Positions 52,748 through 64,000 of a stretch of 64,000 nt of DNA are shown piece by piece. How positions within the stretch are numbered: position 1 is the first letter of the stretch; every line of letters starts with the position of its first letter. Under the pieces are notes generated by a model. It was given only the letters and a program-made list of their open reading frames with translations. It did not search any database and had not been told where the DNA came from. Source of the DNA: Entomortierella parvispora E1425 (lineage: Eukaryota; Fungi; Mortierellomycota); the NCBI GenBank assembly GCA_020891255.1, contig BQFW01000006.1, positions 1,922,001 to 1,986,000 of the forward strand. The letters are read 5' to 3'. A program made the translations under genes and the position numbers.

Positions 52748-55700
52748 GTTTGGTCAGGTCAAAGTCGGTGGTAGTAGTAGTGGTGATGGTGGTTGCTCAA
52801 TGGCGGCTGTGGTGGTGTAGCTGCAGGGCAAGGCAGGGTATATGGAGCAGCGGATGGGATGGAAGCGGGGAAAAAAAACGATCGCCCCCTTGCAGCAAAA
52901 CAGGCGTTTCAGAGCGCGCTCAAGTAGTGGTAAGCAGTGTCAAAGTAGAAGAGGAAGGAAGGAATCGTCACAAGGGCAGGGTTCAAAAGTTGAATGGGGG
53001 CGAGTCTGCAATGAGGGGCAATGGAAGAGATGCAACCTTGGAATCGGAGCAAATGGCACGATTCGAGCACCTGGCGCAATGAAAGGAATGAATGTACAGA
53101 CAAAGGGCTTTTTTGCTATCGTGTGTGTTTGGGATATGCAGGAGCCACAAGAATTCGTTGATAAAGACAAGAAAAAAGACGGGGGGAGCGAGGTGGCGAG
53201 AGAAGGGAGGAGTGGAGAGGAGAAGCAAAGAGTGCAAAGGCGGACAGGAGAAGACGACAAAGGGACCAAGGGCGCTTGATGAATCCAAGACAGACAACCA
53301 GGGACCCCGACAGGGTTCTTGTTCTCAACAGGGCAGGGGGACAGGGGACAATGACAGGGAGCAGGGAACAGGGAACAGGGGGCAGAGGCAGTGCAATTGA
53401 AGCACCGCGTGGGAGTGGAGGATGGACAAGAGGTGTGGATGAGAGGGTGCCGATGGAGGGAGACGAGATGGAAGAAGAGAATAAAAAACTTTTTTTTTCT
53501 GTCCGTCCTTCTCTTCTTCCTCCTCCTGTCCGACCCTGGGTTGCGGCATGGCCAAACAATGGGCTCTGTCGCAACAATGACACCGCCCTGTCCTCCCTGC
53601 CTGCTTGGCCCATGCTTGCCCGGTCCGTTAGAGCCCTTCCAAAAGCAAACTAAAATCAGCCACAGGAGAGGATTCTCTGGCGGAGCTGTCTGGATCAGCA
53701 AAGGCCCACTCCTTCTGGTCCTAGGCCTTGGTTCATCGATGCACTGTCACTCGGATGAGCATGGTCAGCTCTCTTGGTCAGGGTGGTCTTTTGTCCGCCA
53801 ATCTCTGCAATTCTCTTTGACATGGATTGACCAGAGCAGCTTCAATAATTCAAAACTATCCATGGAGTGAAGATTGTCAGTAAACTTGCTCCTGACAATC
53901 CGACAGTAGCATAACAGAGCGCGCTGATCCGAGCGCCAGAGGGTTAACGGGGGGAGGCAGAGGGAGGAAGAAGGAGTGATGGGCGGTGAGTTCAGAAGAG
54001 AAGGGTCTTGGGCGGAGTGGATGAGATTGGTGGCGTACTGCATGAGGTGGAATTAGTGGCAAAGCGAGCATGCTCCACTCGCGATATGCGAGTTGTTTTT
54101 GAGTGGAAGGTTGGAGGGCAGTGGGAGAAAAGGTAGCCTTGGTTTTTACTTGTGTCCAAGAAGGGGAAGGCTGTTGGAAAGACAGGACTGTTCATGGAGG
54201 TCCCAAGAATGAAGGGTGCTCGCATGAACCCATGCTGACGGCTAATTGTCAATGATAAAGTCGAAATGAGCAGCGCGTCCGTGTCAGGCACGGTTGCAGA
54301 GATGGACCCTCGGTAAAGGCCAGAGGGGGCCGTGGTCTCGTTGCATCGAGCGGACGCGTCAAATTAAGGAGCGCTGTGTGCATGCACCCTGCTTCGAAAA
54401 GGGCCATAAAAAAGCCATTTTTCTTTTCTTCCTTTTCCTTCCTTTTCTTCCTTCTTCACCATCCCCCCTTCCACTTCCCAACTACCTACCACTCACTTCA
54501 CTTCTACTTTAGTTCTCTGTGGGCACATATTGTCTGTTTCGTCCTCGAGATCCTTGTCCCTGTCCTTATCCTGTTCTCGCGATCCTCGATTCGTTCAGCA
54601 GCAAGTCTCCAGGACTCGGCAAGAAAGCCTTCAGGGAAGCACCAAAAGGTAACTTCACGCTCCCCTCTCTACTCCACACCGGACAACACACTTCTCGGTC
54701 ACAACCTCAGGTCAGTAGCTCGTCCCTTGAGCGTGGCGAGGAGTGGGGGCTGGACCCTAGTTGAAAGTCAAAGAACGGCTCAGGGGTGATGCCCAAACCC
54801 AGTGACCTTCAACTTTGGGACCAGTTTAGATCCTTTGGGGTGATGCCCAAGTCTCTGTCTGGTTGAGAGACGCAAGGTCCGAGTGGATATGTGAGTGTCT
54901 ACTTTGGTCTGAAGTTCACCGGTGTGAGTTGAAGGAGTTGCTGTCCTTTTTTTTTTCTTGTGCTTTTTTGAGGACGAGCTTTCTTCTCTCCAATACAAAG
55001 GAAAGGTGAAGGTATGTTTGGCTGATCGTAGACTTTTTGAGGACTCCCTTTTCACATGAGGGAGTCTAAGGACTTCATTAGTGCGATCATAGGTATGTCT
55101 TGAGGGAAGAGTTCTTTTGAACTGACCCATGCACTATTGACATGAAGGCGCTACGTCCGCCGGATCTCTACTTGACTTTGGGGAAGGGCGGGTTTTAGGT
55201 GGCAAACGTCGTCGGCGAGATCAGTTCTCTGAGTAAGATACCGTTAAATTCCTAAAGGAGCCTCGTACGTCTATGAAGGAGATGAATCGTCTGAACAAGA
55301 CACGTCCTTTGTGTTCCTCACGATGATGGGTTGTCACCAAACATTATTGGGATGCGAAAGGTCTGCCGCCTGCTCGTTGGCGCATCCTGCACATCCTTGG
55401 TTCTTTGATCAGAGAACTGGGGTTGACTGAGAGCAGACCAATAGATAGAAATGACCATCGAAATAAACATGCAAGCAGCTGCACAATGAACTACTCTTGG
55501 TCCTAAGGAATGCATTCACTGGTAATGAACAACAATGGCGACACGTCCATGTTCATGTGAGTTCAGCGTTATTTCCCATGCAGGCAAAAGCTGAAAAGCC
55601 ATTTTCCCACGCCATGTGAAAGCTGAAATGTAGAAATGAGGACAGCGGCGAGGTGCATTGCATTGAGAATGAACATTCCCTCAGAAAGTTGCGACATTGA

Positions 55701-57402
55701 TGTCTGTCCCAGGAGCAGGCACATGCACCTTCCATTCCGAAACAAGCGACTTCGCCCAAAGTCTGCAAATGACGCGCAGAGAGCGTGGCTCTCCGCCGAG
55801 GCGTTGGAATGATTTTTGATCTGCATGCATGTTTATTTGTATTAAGGTGATGACAGGGGGTGCCTTTTCTTCAAAGGCGATCAACTCGTTTGTGCAACAG
55901 CAGCACTGCTGAAGGTGATGAATGGACTGGAGTCGGTCTTGGACTTGGCCATCTCATCATTCACAGCCACGGTCATCGGCCAGTGGATAAGACGTTCTTC
56001 TCGGGTTAGGTTCTTGACTGCAATCATCCTGCCCGGCTGTGGGACCCTGATCGTCGTCGGCACTTTCCTGCTCTGGCGCGCGGAGCTGGGATTTGTAGCT
56101 AAAAAGCTGCAGACGTGTTCGTCTCAGTGACCACTTGTATGTACCTCCTTGCGCAGTGGGGCAAGTCGTCATGAGGAGGAGAAGGGGAACAAACAAAAAA
56201 AAAAGAAAGAGCGTTCCTGGATTGGTGGCGTGTGGCACTGTCTGTGGCGGTGTGAGAAAACGTTTAATTTGGTGGCGGAACAACTCCAGGAACCATGCAA
56301 AGAACAATGGAGACGACGCGACAATTGCTCTTGGTGGAGAATGAAGGTCAAGAAGGAGAGGGTGAGCGCAGTAGCACATGAGCGCATGCCGATGCCTTAA
56401 TGCCTATAGAGAAAGTCGACGAGAGGTGACGAGGAGCCGTTACGACAGAGATCCCTATGAAAACCCTGGGCTTTACCCAGCGGACCAAAAGGGTGGCCCC
56501 CTACTTTTGAGGTCCTGCCAGCTAGTCTGACAGGACGAATAGCATGAATTGAATTTCGTCTGTCCATATACACCATGGACGCGATCGAACAACTTAGTGG
56601 TCGTCGCTTTCAGATCCACCGCATCAACACCAGTCCAACCAAAGTTATAGGGGTGTTCTCCGGACATTTCACATTCTTGGGACCAGGAGTGAAAAAGGCA
56701 ACTCTCCGCATGGTGGTGGCACGCGTTGGTCAGAGGGTGGACCATTCGCATGTAAAATGGCAGTCGAGCCTGGCTTGTTTGCGGGGGTCATGGGACATCC
56801 ACAGCTGGGTGGAGACGTGTGGAAAGGATGGCCAGAGCCTACTGGCAGATGATTGGAGGAATGGGGGGAGGTCGAAGGATTGACCTGGAAGGAATGCAGG
56901 GAAGGGGCTTAGTTGCAAACAGAAGCCTGCTCGTCATGGGCTCTTTTCCGCGGGGGCTGTCTTTTTTTTTTTTTTTTTTTTTTGTTGCAGTTGAATCCTG
57001 GACTGACCGTCGAGGCTTTACCTTGTCTATAGAAGTAGTCCGATGAAATGGTGATACATCTATTCTTTCAGCTACTTTGTCCATGGGGCAAGAAGGGAGA
57101 AGGGACCTTTGCAATTTGGCACTCATCGCCCCGACGATGCGGTATCTGGAGCCAGCCGATTAAGGGAACGCCGATGCTCAGATCAACATTGGGTCGATGT
57201 ACTGTATTGGGTGGCACGGTGTAGATTTAAATGCACAAGGATACACGCACGTTCATCGTTGCATACCTGCACACTACCCTTCCTCTTGAAAGCTGACAAA
57301 GGAGGCAGGGGTTGTTTTGTGCAGCAGATTTGTGTGGCAACGGCGAGGAATATGTTCTACAACGTTTTATTCGCAAGCTTTCAAAAGAAGAATCTTGTTC
57401 AT

Positions 57403-58029
57403 TTAAACTTGGTCTGCGGTATGGGCCCTGAGTTGTGCAACCTCTGCCCTAGACTCATCCAATTGTTGCTGCAATTCCTTAATCTGGTCCTCTAGCCTCT
57501 CCAATTGCTCCTGCTGATGTTCTGCCGTCTCGATAGCGACTGTGCCCGTCAACTTGATGAGTCGCCATAACCGGAAGATGATCAAAAGCGAACCCAGCTC
57601 CTGTTCCGCACCCTTCAAGAAGACCTCCAACAGGAACGAGATGACAATGATGGCGGCATCGGCCAGGTGAAGGTAACCATGCGGGTTGGAGCTCCAGAAA
57701 TACGAGAAGCCAAAAGCGTAGACCTTGAAAAAGATTTCGACCACAAAGACAGATACGATCGCCAGGGACGCGTGCGCAAAGACTTCCAGAATCCACTCGG
57801 CTTCTTCAGAGTCGTCCAAGCCAAGGAGGGATGCACCGATTTGGAAAATGACCAAGAGAAGATCGAGCACGGTGAGAATCAGAATGAGGACATGGGACTT
57901 CTTGGACTCGAGCAACTCGCCAATCTCGTGACGCGACTTCACGAATGTGGAGCTCTCGGCGTCCACAGGCACCAGAGGCGCGTCGACGTCTGTTGAGGGG
58001 ATCGCTCCGTAGGAAGATTGCTGAGCCAT
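57403..58029 (-). CDS. HV1: Voltage-gated proton channel Hv1 (isolated voltage-sensor domain plus coiled coil), intronless, 208 aa
   Basis: Four TM helices; S1 Asp (LTVLDLLLV), S2 (VFVVEIFFKV), S3 (LADAAIIVISFLLE), S4 RLWRLIK; heptad tail LERLEDQIKELQQQL. Start MAQQSS at 58029. Confidence 0.88.
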   Translation of the reverse strand: MAQQSSYGAIPSTDVDAPLVPVDAESSTFVKSRHEIGELLESKKSHVLILILTVLDLLLVIFQIGASLLGLDDSEEAEWILEVFAHASLAIVSVFVVEIFFKVYAFGFSYFWSSNPHGYLHLADAAIIVISFLLEVFLKGAEQELGSLLIIFRLWRLIKLTGTVAIETAEHQQEQLERLEDQIKELQQQLDESRAEVAQLRAHTADQV

Positions 58030-58360
58030 GGAGGTCGATGGGTATTTTTTTTTTGTGGATTTGGATGTGAATGAAAGTAAAACAACCGAATGGAAGAAAG
58101 GAAAAAAGTAAGAGAAATATGAGAGCACGAGGAAAAATCCAACAATCCAGTTTTGCGTGCCGTGCGTGCGCATGGGGTGTGAGCGTGATGACCACAGCCA
58201 GTAAAGAGCAAACGAGCGGGAAAACAAAAACGTGCTATTATTATTATGGTACAAGGGGAGCAAGCAATTGCAAAAGGTCTGGTCATCTTGTCTATTCCTC
58301 AGTCCTGCCGAGGCACAAAGACAAAGGAGGACCACAGACCCATCTTCAAGCTAAAGGTAA

Positions 58361-61203
58361 TCAGTGCACTGGTTTCCGGCCAAGGTCCACCTGCCAGACA
58401 AGACTTTGACTCTCCTGCACTGTAATCGACTCGTCTGCCTGACCCCACACGCCCGCAGATCCAAAGACCATGGTCGTCATGCTGGTTGCACACGGTGTCA
58501 GACCCTTGGCTCCAGTCGTACCAATGGGTTGTGAACTCAGGGCCGCACCACAGCAACGGCCTTGCCTGCAGAATTCATCAAAGCTGAGCGTTGGCTGAGC
58601 ATGGTCGCTGTTTTTTCGCTTTGGCGTATGGTCGTCGGAAGGTGAAGGGACGTGCGTATCGGTCTCCTTGGGTGCCGTTTCCTTTGCGGTCTCTGGGGCG
58701 GTTTCTGGGGTGGTAGGGGGTTCGTGCTTGGTCAGGGGATCCGGGGTTTGCTTGGGATCCACGGCTGGTGCTGTTTCGTCTTTCTTTTGGTCTTCCGCTG
58801 GAGTTTCGTCATATTCATGAATATTGATATTTTCCACCGCTTCGCCATCCTCCGTTTCCGTGTCTTGGCCCTGGTCTTCTTTTGTGTCCTGAATCCGAAT
58901 AACATCTTCCTGGGCAAGATCTTCTGACTCGGAGAGATCGGCATTCACATCCTCTGGTTGGTCCTCATCCTCTTCGTCGCCTTCACCATCGGACGTCTCC
59001 AAGTTGGGGTTGTTCATCTCAACGAATCCATCCACATTGTCCTTGAAAGCCGATTCTGTAGGCACAAGGTCCTCCTCATCGTCCTCCTCAATGTCGTCTA
59101 CGTCCTCATCGCCTTCTGCACCTCTCTTGGCAAGGGGGGTGCCGACTGGTTGAGGTTCAATAAATGTAAAGTCCTTGGCAAGTCCTTCGATCAGCCTTGT
59201 CAGCTCCTCGCTATTGATTCTCCGGCTGACTTCCTTTGTATAACAGTCTGCGATCGCCTTCCAGGTCGCTGATTGGGGTCGGAAATCCTTTTTCATGCTG
59301 ACAAAGTCCTCAAAGTCAAGAGCAGAGATGGACTCGGGGTTGAAGGTGTTTGAATTTTCTACAGCCTCAATGCACTCGTGGGCCAGATCCCTGTCCGCCT
59401 GTACACAGCTCTCTTCCAGACAGTCCCAGGCGAGAAGCCGTTTCCCTGAAGCCATCATGCGATCCGTGTAAATCTTGCTCAATCGAGTGAATCGTGGAAG
59501 GATCGATACTACAACGGAACCTGGCTCCATCCAGTCTGCGTATCCCAAGCCATCTCCTTGAGGAGCGACAATGATGTTTTGCTTCTGGAAGAGTTGGGCT
59601 GCTTGGGCAGGACCAATCGTCGATGGGTAATCCAGATGAATGTTTTGAACGGTGAACCCCTTGTCCAGCAGAGAGTCCTCCAGAGATTGCATGTTGGGGA
59701 TGCTAGTGTTGCCATATCGACCCAAAAGTGCCACGTTGATCTTGGAGCGAGGAGTGGATTCTCCGTCGACGGCCACTTTACCATCCACGACCACTTTATC
59801 ATTCACAGGGGTGGCAGGCGGTCTGACGTGGATGATATCCGGATCTGTTTGTTGATAGTGTGTCATGGCAGGTCCGAGCACTTCCAAAACCTTTGTCCTG
59901 AGTGACTCTGTCAAGGTGTCCCCACCGATCAAGTTTTCACAAAAGGGACGAGTGCATCGAGACTGCAGCCCGATTACGGCCTTTGAAAAACATGTCGGGT
60001 AAATTTTGCTAGGTGGACGCATCTGATGCTCTGCAAGCTTCCTGTGTACTTCATCCAGGATAATTTCGCGTCCATTTGGTGCCAAGAGGAATGTCTCCAG
60101 GTCACGATCCTGATCTCTGTTAAGAAGTTGCTTCTTTGGCTCGTAATCCTCGTTCCGTTGTCCAGCAACACGCATGAACCACGACGATTTTGTGCCTCCA
60201 AAACTGCTCATCACACTATGTGGTTTTTGAACAAGAAAGAGTATAGTCAGTTGGTCGTTCTTTCAGAGACTGGTCCGGTTCTGAAGAGCGAAGGCGGGTA
60301 CGTGTCCTTCATGTACAACGAAAGGGCATATGGTGGTTGTGCAACCCTCCATCAAAAACAGGAATAAAGGTCGCGATCATTGGAAATTTTCCAGCAGAAA
60401 GAGCGCAATTTGCATGTGTTTTCACTTGAGACCGTCATCGCTCTTGCTCCACACATCATCGCGAGTATTACCTGTGGAGAGGCAAAAGGTTGTTCATGGT
60501 CCAAGTGCGCCTGTTGGTCGGGTCGCTTCCATAGACAAAGAGAGTTTCGTCCACAAAGCGGTAGGTACGGACAGTAAATTGATTGACAAGAGCAGGTCGG
60601 AAATATGTATCGGAGGCTGGATCAGCAGAGACGACATTGATATAAGGAGGTTCATCCGAGCCCGAGGCAAGGTGGATCCAAGCGCCTGATGAGAATAAGG
60701 GAGAGAAGCATGTCAGAGGATTAAAAATATGATCAGGAGAGAGCAGATCGGGCCAAAGAAGACCCACCACGTTCGGCATCGACACACAGGTTCTGAACGG
60801 TGCAGACCGTTGCGCGATTGAACCCAGTACGCAAAGGACCCGCTTTGTGGGGGGAGACGGTCTCGCAAGAGAAGGAGGAGGTCAAGGTCGAGTTGCGCCA
60901 TTGTAGGGTCTTTGCCGGCAAGTTGCTGGGGTTGTTGGTGCCACTGCCCAGTTGCTGTTGCTCCAGTCGTGTCCAGTCAGCATTGCCGTGATCAGCAGAA
61001 GACGAGGACGGGAAGCCCAAGGAGACTCGCGAGGATGAGTAGAGGAGCAGCCATGAGAGACTGAAGGTGACGAGAATGCAGGACAAAAAGATGCGGGGAC
61101 TCAGACATGCCCTTGGCAACGGAATCCTGGACGATGCACCTGCCGCATGACCAGAGGTGAAGAAGGGCAGCAAGGAACTGACGCCGCCATTGCGCGAAGG
61201 CAT
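58361..61203 (-). CDS. Type II membrane glycosyltransferase family 61 (DUF563)-like protein, 3 exons
   Basis: N-terminal signal anchor (IFLSCILVTFSLSWLLLY), C.VQNLC stem motif, and IIVAPQGDGLGYADWMEPGSVVVSILP resembling the GT61 HGAGL..F..PGS motif. Confidence 0.62.
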
Positions 61204-61720
61204 GTTGAAGGTCAGGGAGGGAGAAGAGGCTAGTGAAAATGGCCAGACTAAGACGGGCTGGATTGCGTTTGTGTCCAGTTCTCGGCCAAAGGATGGACTG
61301 CGTGGTTGATGGGAAGAAGAGAGGAGGAGGATTGAAGAAAGAAGGGAGAGCAGAAAGGAGACATGCATGCGATGACAAGTGAAATACTTGACTGCACACT
61401 ATAATGCATACACACATGAATGAGCGCAAAAAGGGGACCAGCACCAGCAGGACGGCTCAGCTCATCTCCCTCGCTAGAATGAAACAGTCGAGTTAGAGCC
61501 GCCCTCTGTACACCGAAAGTAGCCAGTAGCCGTCCCCGTCCCTTTTTCTTTTCTTTCGGTCGTTCTTTTTTCGTTCCTCCATTCGTTCTCATTTCTGCAT
61601 TCCTTTCTTCTTTTCTTCTTTTTTTTTTTTTTTCTTTTTCTTCTTTTTCTTCTTCTTCTCTTCTCTCTTGACTCAACTCTCCCTCCCCTCCCCTCCCTTC
61701 TCCCCACAAACTCGTTCTCG

Positions 61721-64000
<2,280 letters not shown>

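Noticed and set aside
52909-53701. Overlapping ORFs upstream of KCH
   Set aside because: Purine/pyrimidine-biased leader sequence yields ORFs in all frames without coding signal.

Overview
Eukaryotic, intron-rich DNA (GT-AG introns with CTAAC branch points, many homopolymer and microsatellite tracts). Gene content and style suggest an early-diverging fungus, probably Mortierellaceae/Mucoromycota (inference). About 17 protein-coding genes can be assembled by hand. In order: a low-complexity orphan running off the left edge (-), SNF2-RING helicase (-), DOA1 (-), PFK (+), SEC23 (+), His-rich ureG (-) head-to-head with a fused gamma-beta-alpha urease (+), two tandem dienelactone hydrolases (-), a C2H2 transcription factor (+), mitochondrial uL14 (+), DUF1688/URC4 (-), PDB1 (+), an atypical aldo-keto reductase (+), a KCH-type K+ transporter (-), an Hv1 proton channel (-), a GT61-like glycosyltransferase (-), and PGM (+) running off the right edge. 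I saw no tRNA, rRNA, CRISPR array or intact transposon. The strongest leads are: (1) the linked urease-ureG pair, with a 24-bp tandem repeat in the shared promoter and URC4 about 10.5 kb away, a possible urea-nitrogen salvage neighbourhood; (2) the AKR, which lacks the catalytic Tyr and His; (3) the atypical GT61 protein. Exon boundaries were read by eye and homologies are from recalled motifs; no database search was run.
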